Shown in pieces: positions 52,131 through 64,000 of a stretch of 64,000 nt of DNA. The DNA lies in assembly GCA_951406725.2 (NCBI GenBank), contig OX597833.1, positions 62,000,001 through 62,064,000 of the forward strand, written 5' to 3'. The notes below the pieces were generated by a model. The model was not told where the DNA came from, did not search any database, and saw only the letters and a program-made list of their open reading frames with translations. The translations under genes and the position numbers were made by a program. The stretch is from Octopus vulgaris (lineage: Eukaryota). The stretch's first letter is position 1. Each line of letters starts with the position of its first letter.

Positions 52131-53454
52131 ATTGCTCAGGAGGCGCAATGGCCCAGTGGTTAGGGCAGCGGACTCGCGGTTTCGATTCCCAGACCGGGCG
52201 TTGTGAGTGTTTATTGAGTGAAAACACCTAAAGCTCCACGAGGCTCCAGCAGGGGATGGTGGTGATCCCTGCTGTACTCTTTCACCACAACTTTCTCTCA
52301 CTCTTACTTCCTGTTTCCGTTGTACCTGTATTTCAAAGGGCCGGCCTTGTCACTCTCTGTGTCACGCTGAATATCCCCGAGACTACGTTAAGGGTACACG
52401 TGTCTGTGGAGTGCTCAGCCTCTTACACGTTAATTTCACGAGCAGGCTGTTCCGTTGATTCGGATCAACCGGAACCCTCATCGTCGTAACCGACGGAGTG
52501 CTTCCACACTATTGCTCAGCTGTTGTAATTATATATATTTCTTTACTACCCACAAGGGGCTAAATACAGAGGAGACAAACAAGGACAGGTAAACGGATTA
52601 AATCGATTACATCAACCCCAGTGCGTAACTGGTACTTATTTAATAGACCCCGAAAGGATGAAAGGCAAAGTCGACCTCAGCAGAATTTGAACTCAGAACG
52701 TAACGGCAGATGAAATACTGCTAAGCATTTCGCCGAGCGTGCTAACGATTCTGCCAGCTCACCAAGGGCTGAACTGCACACAGATTCCTTCTTTTTGTGA
52801 TACTAATAAACCCTCTTCTTGCAACCATTCCCTTTACCATTAATCCCACAAGCCCAACATCAGCCATTACCATTATACGTCCACCGAACACCCTTTCATC
52901 ACTGCCGTTGATGCTGCCTTTTTGTAATTCATTACATCCACCCCTATATGCCTCACATCTGTCACTTTACATCTTTTTCCTCCCCCACACTTCACCTCAT
53001 CCCCCTAACCAGCTATCCTCGATTCTTCCCCTCCTCTCCTTCCTAGTCTCCCTCTATGCACCACTCGAGGGTGCACACTGATACCTCATCTCAGCCATCC
53101 TTTCTCTCTTTCTTGCTGGGCTAATCCATGTATCTTCTCTGCAGCAAGACGCCTGATCCTGTCCATCCTTCCTACCTCAGCCTCTCTATACCTGGTGTAA
53201 TGCACCTCCCTAAATACTGCGCTCCCATTCTGAGAAGGGGATCTTGTCTTTTGGATTACTTGCTGACCCCCACTACTGCTGGTACCAGGAAAATAAAAAG
53301 CACACAATACACTCTGTTTGTTAAGTAGTTGGTGTTAGGAAAGGTATCCAACTGTAGAACTTGCCAAAACAGACAATAGGGACCAACACAGCCCTCAGGT
53401 CAGCATCCAACACATGCCAGTAGGGAACATCGATGTTAAATGATGAGGAAACAA

Positions 53455-53633
<179 letters not shown>

Positions 53634-53821
53634 CGGAGAGAGAGAGAGAGTTAGGTAGATAGACAGATAGCTATTTCGTTTTACCCTCTCCCTCCTGACT
53701 AGGAAGATAAATACTTTAATAAACACTACAGACAGACAGCAGACATACACAAAGATACAACTGAGTGGACAGAATAATTAAAGAGACAACTAGCAAAATG
53801 ACAGGTGTGAGTGCGTGTATG

Positions 53822-53899
<78 letters not shown>

Positions 53900-54865
53900 A
53901 AGACATGTATGTGTGCAGAGCATGGGATCTTGGAAACAATTAAGATGGTTTCTCGTGTTGGGTATTGGTACGTAATTGTTATTGTTTAGATTTCATGTCA
54001 CGTTGATTAAGCAGACTTAGACTTACGATTAAAGGTTTTCCGACTATGACCAAGCCATCTTTTTATATATATACCAGGGACTAGATGTAATTCGATGGGA
54101 TTTTGCTGTTATTTCTAACACGCACAGAGGCTCCTTTCTTGGCTCCAGTGTCGTAAACCTTATAATAACATCGAACTTACTTACTGAAGGCTTTGGCAGT
54201 GGTGTCCATCAAACCCTTTAACTGGGTAATATCTGGGACTACATCGCTGAACGTGTCCCTTCTTTTATTTCAAAGAGCAGAAGGGAGATTTCGTTGCTAT
54301 TTCTAGCATGTGAGGTAATCGGGTAAAGACTACGTCATTGGCAGATCCGTATTGTTTAGCCCTAGGTCAGACTTGACTGAGCAAAACTTACGACCAAAAA
54401 GCTTTCCAGTCATAAAGATCCTGTCATTCCATCGGGTATGGCATACCTAGGAGTACAGTATCCGATGTATTACTTTCTATTTTGTTTTTAAGAGCCATTC
54501 AGGTGTTAATCTGAGGGACGTGTAGCTGTTATTTCTAGCAAAGTCGGGCGACCACGTACGAGCGTGGATCGTAATGTGTTGTGTGGTGTACTTTGTTGAG
54601 TGCATCGTTGCGTTATTGTGGGGCTCCCCCCCCCCGCTCTGGAACAACAATAACAAGCAGTTTTAATAGCGATTATAAACAAATCATTTTTTTTACCATT
54701 CCATGACCCCCGTCATCATCAGCACAGCACCGCCACCCGCGACCACCACTAAGGAACCGTCGTCCCCCACGGCCGCCAAATCCTCCCCCACCAAAAAAAT
54801 GCAATACATACACACACACATATATATACACAATATACAGATGTAAATGGGATGTGAGATCGTAC

Positions 54866-54926
54866 CGCTTTCGGAATCAACAGCATCCAAATGATGACCC
54901 AACAGAGGTAGTAGTTCATCCGCCAT
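54866..54926 (-). CDS. CRBN: Cereblon coding exon 1 (MADELLPLLGHHLDAVDSES + G, phase 1)
   Basis: ATG in gtcATGG context at 54926-54924, donor G|GTACGA. The 61-nt length gives phase 1, matching exon 2 and reading ...DSES-E-DEDEES. It sits next to non-repeat promoter-like sequence. The assignment spans a 33-kb intron and rests on phase and plausibility. Confidence 0.75.
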
Positions 54927-54933
54927 GACTCAT
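54916..54933 (-). promoter_or_regulatory. Out-of-frame uORF (MSHGG*) overlapping the CRBN start codon
   Basis: aaacATG AGT CAT GGC GGA TGA; the uATG is 7 nt upstream of the main ATG. Confidence 0.55.
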
Positions 54934-55469
54934 GTTTACTTCTGAACACATCTAAACACCTCGAAAAGCACTTCGTTTACCTCCCCTTCACCTTTTACTC
55001 TTTCCAGCGATCCTCCCCCCGTTCACCTTTTACTCTTTCTAGCGATCCTCCCCTTCCTCCTCCTTCTCCTCGTCTACATTTCCCTTTCGCTTCCTACCGT
55101 ACCGCTCTCTCTATATCTCTCTTCCTCTCTTCTCCCCTGCTCCACTTCCGCCTTTCTATTGCTGCTGCTCCTCTACCTTTCGCTCACTCTTTTTTCCTCC
55201 ATCTCCGCCTCCTACTTCAATTATCTTCTGCTTCTCCTCCTCCTCCTCCGTCTCCACTTTTCATTCTCAATTGCTTCTCCTCCTACCACGTCTATAACTT
55301 ACTCCTCCTCCACCACTCTTCACTCTCAACTGCTTCTCCTCCTACCACGTCTATAACTTACTAATCTTCCTCCTCCTCCGTCTCCGCTTTTCACTCTCAA
55401 CTGCTTCTCCTCCTACCACGTCTATAACTTACTCGTCTTCCTCCTCCTCCTACTCCAGCCTTCCTGTCT

Positions 55470-55530
55470 TTTATTTCTTGTCTCGAAGATAGCGATCACG
55501 TGATCTTGTCTTGGAACTTCGCAGTTTTAT
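55470..55530 (-). promoter_or_regulatory. Putative CRBN proximal promoter with palindromic E-box GATCACGTGATC (55494-55505)
   Basis: Short CpG-containing unique island between the purine-rich presumed 5' UTR and upstream microsatellites. Confidence 0.4.
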
Positions 55531-55554
55531 TTGAAAGCCACCAATACAGAATGT

Positions 55555-55872
55555 ATGTGTATATGTATATATATATATACAAAGCGAAAAAATCCTATAT
55601 ATATATATATATACACATGTATATATATATATATATATACACACATGTATATATATATATATATATATACAAAGCGAAAAGATCCTATATATATATACAC
55701 ATGTATATATATATATATACACATATATGTATATATATATATATATATATATACAAAGCGAAAAGATCCTATATATATACACATGTATATATATATACAC
55801 ACGTGTATGTATATATATATATATATATACAAAGCGAAAAGATCCTATATATATATATATACATATATATAT
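55555..55872. repeat. Compound VNTR: ACAAAGCGAAAAGATCCTA x4 separated by variable (TA)n/CACATG spacers
   Basis: Constant motif near 55579, 55669, 55753, 55829. Confidence 0.9.
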
Positions 55873-55908
55873 AGGTATTTCTATATGCCATATTATGTAT
55901 ATAGATGT

Positions 55909-55939
<31 letters not shown>

Positions 55940-56170
55940 GAGGCCATCTTATGCGCAGAGAAATACACACATACAACAATATGTGTGTATGTGTACATTT
56001 TTTGTATTGGTTTTCCCAAGATTCCTGCTACGAAAACATTCTACACAGAATGATATATACACACACTGACAAGGAAAAGCTAGAACGTGAGTTCGAGAAA
56101 TTCCGGTTCTTGCTACGGTGCTACAACCGGCGAGACTTCGAAGTCACTTGTAACACTTCATATGTATGTA

Positions 56171-56229
<59 letters not shown>

Positions 56230-59200
56230 TCTTTTTACTTGTTTCAGTCATTTGACTGCGGCCATGCTGGAGCACCGCCTTTAGTCGAGCAAATCGGCCC
56301 CGGGACTTATTCTTTGTAAGCCCAGTACTTATTCTATCGGTCTCTTTTACCGAACCGCTAAGTGACGGGGACATAAACACACCAGCATCGGTTGTCAAGC
56401 GATGTTGGGGGGGGGACAAACACAGACACACAAACACATACACACATATACATACACATACATATATGCGACAGGCTTCTTTCAGTTTCCGTCTACCAAA
56501 TCCACTCACAAGGCTTTGGTCGGCCTGTGGCTATAGCAGAAGGCATTTGCCCAAGATGCCACATATATATTTGTGTGTGTGTATAGCATAAAGGTCACAG
56601 GTGCCAAGCTGTATCGGCCTTTGCCTTTCCCTTGGATAACATAGGTGGCGTGGAAAGAGCATGGGCGAATGCTGGTCTTCCACAAACAACCTTGCCCCGA
56701 TTGTGCCTCGGTGGGGAACTTTCTAGGTGCAATCCCATGGTTGTTCGTGACCACAGTGGGTCTCTCTCCTTTATAGCATAGCTGTGTGGTCAGAAGTTTA
56801 CTTTCCAACCACACGGCTTCGGGGTCCTGTCCCACTGTTGTACCTTGGCGGATTGTCTTCCAGTATAGCCCCGGGGCGGGGTCAGAGCCCTGGACGGAAT
56901 CTAAAAGAATCTCATTGTGTGTGTCTGTGTGCTCCCAGCGTGTGACAACCGGTGTTGGTTTGTTTACGTCCCCCGTAATTTTTGAGATTCGGAAAACTCT
57001 TTTCCGTGAGAATAGGTTATATTCAACAAGATCCAGCTCCACATTCAAAAATAAGGGCGATCCTTCGGTATAGGTACACGTGACTTTGTTTACATTTCTG
57101 AAGATAACAGAAACCTTTTTCTCCCCCCCCCCCCATATATAAAAAAAAACACTTTCTTGAAATGTATCCGGTACTTATACCGAAGTTACGCCAAAATAAG
57201 TATTTTGGCCGATTTGTTCGCTTAAAATCCATCAAGGTGCCCAGCATGGCCCTAGGCAAATGACTCGATTAATAGATGATGATGTGTGTGTGTGTGTACA
57301 GAATGAACCATCAATGAAACCTCTTTGTGGTTGCTCGTTCTGCTAGATATAGCAGCTCCATCAATGAGTTCAGGAATTATCGTTTATGTAGTGAGCGACG
57401 TTAACAAACATTATTTTCATTGAATCGAAATATTCCCTTTAGTTGGAGAAAGGAAATAAATACCTTCTTAAAGACAAGGGAGATAATTCGGTTGAGTTCA
57501 AGAATTAATTTTACGAAATCTATTTCCAAGCTTCGGGGAAATAGACAAGGGGGGACAACTAAGGAGGTTTCCAGCTTATTGAACCTCATCAGTTTAGTGT
57601 TGTCTACCGAAGCCTACCTCAATCAGTTGATAATGGCTGGCATACTCCGCTCTCCGCATTACGGAAGCACTGCATTTCTTAAAAGCCTTACAGAAACGTA
57701 GAATTCCATAACGCAAAACCATTTCATATTAACATGTAGTATGGAAGTCATTGGGAAGTGCGTTCCACGTTACAGAAGTCTAAATTAAGGTTTCCAGGAA
57801 CATGACGTTTCTGCAACGAGATATAGGAAAGATCTCGCGAAGATTTGAAACTGGTAATAATTTACCTTTTATCTTTTACTTGTTTCAATCTTTGGATTGC
57901 GGCCATGTTGGGGCACTACCGTCAAATCGATCCTAGTAATACTTTTTTAAGCATGGTACTTATTCTGTCGGCCTTCCTTTTGCCGAACCGTAAAATTATA
58001 AAGCAAACCGACCCTAGTAGTTAATCGATGGTAGGGGACAAACACACACCCATGGCAGGCTTCTGTCAGTTTCCGCTTACTAAATCCACTCATGAGACTT
58101 TGGTCGGCCTGCTGATATGGTGTCTGAAATGCCCCGCTGTAGGACTGAACCCGAAACCGTGTGGTTGGGAAGCAACCCTTTTACCACACTGTCACGTTTG
58201 CATCTGTTGCGTAATTAAAATTCAAAATTACGATAAGGCACTCTTTTAATTAAAGATAAAATAAAAACTCGTAGAACTTAAGTCACATCAAGCCATCTTA
58301 AATAAAGAATATATTGAACAATATTGTCGCTGTTATCCGAACAGCAGTTATCCGAACAGCAGTCAATTTGAGGAGAGGGGGCCAGTCGATTAGATCGACC
58401 TCAGAGTAAAACTGATACTGAGAGAGATAGACGACGGGCTTCTTTCAGTTTCCGGCTACCAAGTCCACTTACAAACGGGTCAGGGTTAGGGTTGTCATAA
58501 ATAACAGAGACAAACGAAATATACACTGCCGTTAGTTCTTGTTGACAGTAAATATATTCAGCTGAATACACGTCATTAATTGGTTGAAATTACCGAAATA
58601 TGAGAAATTTAACGTGAAATAACTTCGTACATATAAGTTTTTATCAAAAATGCTAAGAGTAAAAGATGTTTTATGTTGACACATTCTACTAGTATCCGAA
58701 GTTTGAAAGTGTTTAGTTACAAAAAATTATTTTTTAAATCTTTAGGTCAAAAGGAAAAGAATAAAAAATGAAAGAAAAAATAAAAAACTGTGTGTAAAAC
58801 TGTGTATTGCGTGTTTGTGTGTGTGAGAGAGAGAGAGAATGAATGAAAATTAAAACAAAACTAGCGACGTAATCTAAAATAGGCAATGATGTAAGGGAGA
58901 TAACTTATGCTCATCTCGTGAATTGAACAGATCTGAACTGAAAGTAAATGTTGGCTGCGGCCTCTTAGCTGACACACACTCAGACACGATGATGATGATC
59001 ATGATGATGATGGTGATCGTGATGATGACAGCCATGGTGGTGGCGGCGGCAGTGGTTATGTTTACGACAGGTGTAGTGATGGCGACGAAGATGACGTTGG
59101 TAGTGATTGGAAAAGAGTAGAAAAACGGTAGAAACTGGGGACATACCAAGTTAATAATTATGGATTTGGGGGTCGGGTTCGGGGGTAGTTCGAAGGTGGT

Positions 59201-59765
59201 AGTGGCGGTGGTAGTGGTGGAGGACGTAGTTGTGGTGGTGGCTGACCAATGCCTTGTGAGTGTCGTAGATCGTAACTGCACACAAATACATACATAAATG
59301 CATACATACATACATACATACATACATACATACATACATACATACATACATACATACATACATACATACATACATACATACATACGTACATACATACATA
59401 CATACATAATACATACATACATACATACATACATACATACACACATGCATACATACATAAATACACACATACATACATACATACATACATACATACATAC
59501 TTACATACAAACATGTGTGTGTGTGTGTGTTTCTGTCTGTCTACGACCTCCATGCCGCTTGACGACCGGTGCTGGTTTGTTTACGTTCCCGTAATGTAGC
59601 AGTTTGGCAAAAAGAAATCGATAAAATAAGTACCAGACTTTACCAAAAAAAAATAATAATGAAACAATAAAAATTTAACTAACTTCCGGAATCGATTTCT
59701 ACGATTCGAAACCTTTCAAAGCGGTGCATCAGCATGGTCGCATTCCAATGACTGAAACAAATATA

Positions 59766-59874
<109 letters not shown>

Positions 59875-60014
59875 CAACGGGCTTCTTTCAGTTTCCGTCT
59901 ACCAAATCCACTCACAAGGCTTTGGTCGGCCCGGGGCTATAGTAGAAGACACTTACCCGGAACCATGTCGTTGGTAAGCAAGCTACTTACCACACAGCCA
60001 CTCCATATATATAG

Positions 60015-60925
60015 GGAGAGCTTACGAAAAAAAGCAAAAGACGAAGACAGGTGGTGTACAAAACAAACAGATGTATTAGTATAACGCTCAGGAATAGAAA
60101 AAGTCTTTTACGTTTCGAGCCTACGCTCTTCTACAGAAAGGGACACAGAAAAAATGAGGAGTGAAAATAATGTGTGTAGTGGTTAACGATCTATCATGGC
60201 GACTGACTTCGGACAGAAGGGTCACACATGAGGGGGAAGAAGTAGGGGAGATAAAAAAAAGGATAGGGAAGGTGGAGTAGGAATGTATAGGGGGGGCTGA
60301 TGGTGGAGGGGAAGGTGGTTATGTGAGGAGAGAGAGGAGGAGAGAAGAGAGTAAGAGAAAAAGAGAGGGTGAAAGAGTAAGAGAGAAAGAAAATAAGAGA
60401 AAAAGAGGGAAGAGAGGAAAAGAGGAGAGAGAAAGAGAGTAAGAGAAAAGAGGAGAGAGAAGAGAGAAAGAGAGTAAGAGAGAAGAGGGAAAGAGAGTAG
60501 GGGTGAAGAGAAGTTGGAGTCGGGGCAAGAGAGGAGAGTCAGGTGGAAGGAGGTAGGAGGGAGGGGAGAGAGAGGAGAGAAGAAGAGAGTAAGAAAGAAG
60601 AGGGAAAGAGAGTAGTGGTGAAACGATGTAAGAGTCGGGACAAGAGAGAGTTGGGTGGGAGGAAGGGAGAGAGGCATGGGAAGGAGGTTAGATGAAGAGG
60701 GGAGGAGGGTTGAGTCCAAATGGCGTAAACTAGCGAAGAGAGAAAATTAATCCCTGTTCACGGGAGTCCGGATGGCCTCTGTGTTGCTTTGCAACACAGG
60801 TGTTGCAAAGCGGAAATGGCGTGAGACGGGGGTGTCATTGCCGAGGCGGATGTCTCGGAGGTGTTCCGCGAACCGGTCAGGCAAGCGGCGTCCCGTTTGT
60901 CCGATGTACAGGGAATAGCAGAGAG
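60015..60925 (-). mobile_element. Penelope-like element 3' part: GIY-YIG endonuclease fragment, polypyrimidine tract, hammerhead-like motif
   Basis: CYSLYIGQTGRRLPDRFAEHLRDIRLGNDTPVSRHF at about 60820-60925; motif at 60103-60144. Confidence 0.8.
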
Positions 60926-60947
60926 AGAGAGCAGGAGACGCAAGCCC

Positions 60948-61117
60948 ACATGCACACCCGCAACGACCGATACGCATGTTACGCACGTTGCTATAAGTAA
61001 CCTTGCAAGGGAGATAACTTGCGATATCCTTTAGTTCCAAATTCGACATAATTACACGTAATGATGCTGTAACAGTATTTTTTAGACACCACAGCAAGCT
61101 ACACACACACACACACA

Positions 61118-61167
<50 letters not shown>

Positions 61168-61705
61168 CTCTGTCTCTAGTATCTGTACGAAAATTAAAAT
61201 ATAACACACCATACTAATCATATCTGCCGGGCATGTGGAAGAGAGTGTAATTCAGCAGGAGGACTTAAACGACTTGCAAAGGTACATGAAGCCCAGTTAC
61301 AACTACAGCCGGCTATTACCGGTAAAGGTTTTAGTTGCCAATTCTGTACAAGACATTGTAGATCTTTAGCTGGGCTAAAAAGTCACATTCGATCACAGCA
61401 CCAGTAACAGTTAAGCTTCGTGCAATGGCCCTACTCGATAACGAGGGAGCAGCCATAATATATATATATTATGATATGTATATTGCTCTTTGCTCTTTTA
61501 CTTGTTTCAGTCATTTGACTGCGGCCATGCTGGAGCACCGCCTTTCAATCGAGCAACTCGACCCCGGGACTTATTCTTTTTTGGAAGCCCAGTACTTATT
61601 CTATCGGTCTCTTTTGCTGAACCGCTAAGTGACGGGGACATAAACACACCAGCATCGGTTGTCAAGCAATGCTAGGAGGACAAACACAGACACACAAACA
61701 CTTAC

Positions 61706-61736
<31 letters not shown>

Positions 61737-61852
61737 CATATATACGACAGGCTTCTTTCAGTTTCCGTCTACCAAATCCACTCACAAGGCATTGGTCGGC
61801 CCGAGGCTATAGCAGAAGATACTTGCCCTATATATATATATATATATGTACG

Positions 61853-61892
<40 letters not shown>

Positions 61893-62389
61893 CATACATA
61901 CATACATACTTATATATATATATATATATATATAATTAATTAATAAGGGTGAGAGAATTAGATACTAATTTAATAGTATATTTATTCCACACCAAGTGGC
62001 CTAGTGCTACGAGAAACCTGGATTATTATAATATTTTATAACATATTATAATATTTTCACAAAATAAATATAAGAGAGTGTTCACTATATTGATCACTCT
62101 AGCACCAGTTAATCCAAGAGGTTTCAACCACGAAAAATATATGTTTCCCATGAAAGCCGGTACGACTGTTAGTTCACACGGACAGGGCAAATAAAAAATA
62201 ACAAAAATACAGATTATCTTGGGACAATTGTCCCAAGATAATCTGTATTTTTGTTATTTTTTATTTGCCCTGTCCGTGTGAACTAAAGTCGTACCGGCTT
62301 TCATGGAAACATATATTTTTCGTGGTTGAAACCTCTTGGATTAACTGGTGCTAGAGTGATCAATATAGTGAACACTCTCTTATATTTAT

Positions 62390-62465
<76 letters not shown>

Positions 62466-62821
62466 GTTTCGTACAGATACTAGACACAGTGCTTCAGACC
62501 TGTACCGTCTGAAGAATTCTATTAACAACGGAGCCATCTGTGATTTATAGGGAAGCGATGGTCACTAAAGTTTGGGGTGCCCAGTTCATGTGTGTGTGTT
62601 TCTGTCTGTCTGTGTGCATGTGTGTGTGAGAGAGAGAGAGAGAGAGAGTCTGCGTGTGTGTGTGTGTAGCTGGCTATGGTGTCTAAGAAACACTGTTACA
62701 GCATCAATACGAGTAATTCTGTCGAATTTGGAACTAAAGGATATCAGAAGTTATCTCCCTTGCAAGGTTACTCACAACAACGTACGTAACTTGCGTATCG
62801 GTCGTTGCGGGTGTGCATGTG
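60948..62821. repeat. Long inverted repeat pair (60948-61203 versus 62457-62490 plus 62600-62821)
   Basis: Both arms translate to near-identical ...CLKNTVTASLRVIMSNLELKDIASYLPCKVT... on opposite strands. Confidence 0.9.
62065..62388. repeat. Spacerless palindrome, ~162-bp arms centred on ACAA|TTGT (62227/62228)
   Basis: Arms identical apart from two single-base indels. Confidence 0.95.
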
Positions 62822-63020
62822 TGCGTGTGTGTGTGTGTATGTGCGTGCGCCTCTTTATGTGTCTGTGTGTGTGACAGTTAACTTAGCCATTCGTCAATTC
62901 ACATCTGATAAAAAGAGTAACAGGCAAATTAGTTGGAAGGAGAAACAATACACCTAGAAGAAGGTGCCTCTGCATGGCCGCAACGTGATGAATGAAATGG
63001 ATCCAAAAAACAAGTTATTC

Positions 63021-63059
<39 letters not shown>

Positions 63060-63089
63060 TGCATGAGTGCATTAGATAGAGGGGGAGTG

Positions 63090-63164
<75 letters not shown>

Positions 63165-63185
63165 GAGAGAGATAGATAGATAGAG

Positions 63186-63236
<51 letters not shown>

Positions 63237-63240
63237 CAGC

Positions 63241-63289
<49 letters not shown>

Positions 63290-63309
63290 TGATAGACAGA
63301 CAGACAGAC

Positions 63310-63364
<55 letters not shown>

Positions 63365-63807
63365 CAGACACATCCTGTTATGCTTCCCTCTGTTGTATAT
63401 GTAAACTACAACTTCCCGCCTGTATATGACTTCCCTATAAGACTTCCTGCAAAACACTTAATATTCACTAATGGATGTGTGTGTTATGCAACTGCATATG
63501 TAAAGTTCAGACATACATACCTTGCTTACATGCATGTGTGCATGTACATATATTTATATATGAATGTATATATGTAAGTGTATATGTATGTGCATATGTC
63601 TATATACACACAATTATATATATTATAAATTTAATAGTACAAAGTAAGATAGGGGTTTTTTACATATTGATGGATATCGTTTTGTTCGATTTTCATGTTC
63701 CTATTTGTATAATTAATAAATAATATGAAATTGTAATATCCGTAAGTTGATGATTGAAATGAATTTGTTCCTCCATTTTCTTATTTCTATTATAAATTTA
63801 ATATATA

Positions 63808-64000
63808 CTAGCAGTATCGCCCGGCGTTGCTCGGATTTGTAAGGGAAATAACTATATAAGCATTTTTAGAGAGTTACTTCCCTTATATGACCCGAGCAAA
63901 AATCATTAAAAATACAGAAAAATGATGGTAAATTTTTTTTAAATCGTAGACTCATCGTAGACGCGCGCTAATACCCGGAAGGGCTCGATATGAATGACGA
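63808..64000 (-). mobile_element. Helitron-like 3' end, running off the window
   Basis: CTAGCAGTATCGCCCGGCGTTGCTCGG is the reverse complement of the terminus at 11715-11742. Confidence 0.6.

Noticed and set aside
55555-55872. CRISPR-like repeat/spacer appearance
   Set aside because: Spacers are (TA)n microsatellite rather than unique sequence; eukaryotic context; no cas genes
57555-57600. Hammerhead-like CTGATGAGG...GAAAC (minus strand); similar trace at 43960-44005 (plus strand)
   Set aside because: Stems II/III and the cleavage triplet cannot be formed convincingly; at most decayed relics

Overview
Repeat-dense, AT-rich animal genomic DNA. The SINE families and (TA)n/(GATA)n/(CAT)n microsatellites look like an octopod cephalopod genome (inference). 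It holds one recognisable protein-coding gene, cereblon (CRBN, the substrate receptor of the CRL4 E3 ligase), on the minus strand. I reconstructed 9 coding exons by hand (54926 to 9273). All introns are GT-AG with consistent phases, giving 1398 nt / 465 aa with a LON-N-like domain, a helical DDB1-binding region and the CULT/thalidomide-binding domain; intron 1 is about 33 kb. The rest is SINEs, LINE fragments (RTE-, CR1-like), Penelope-like GIY-YIG fragments, a mariner relic, several MITEs, Helitron-like pieces, a solo LTR and tandem repeats. Most ORFs in the supplied track are repeat artefacts. The best leads are: (1) a hidden 66-nt exon in intron 1 that could give CRBN an alternative, mitochondrial-presequence-like N-terminus; (2) a 114-bp hairpin downstream of the stop codon whose mismatches favour the CRBN-sense strand; (3) a uORF overlapping the start codon; (4) an IMiD pocket mixing human-like and rodent-like residues; (5) variant hammerhead-like motifs in Penelope ends. 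All of these are hypotheses; no new multi-gene system is demonstrated.
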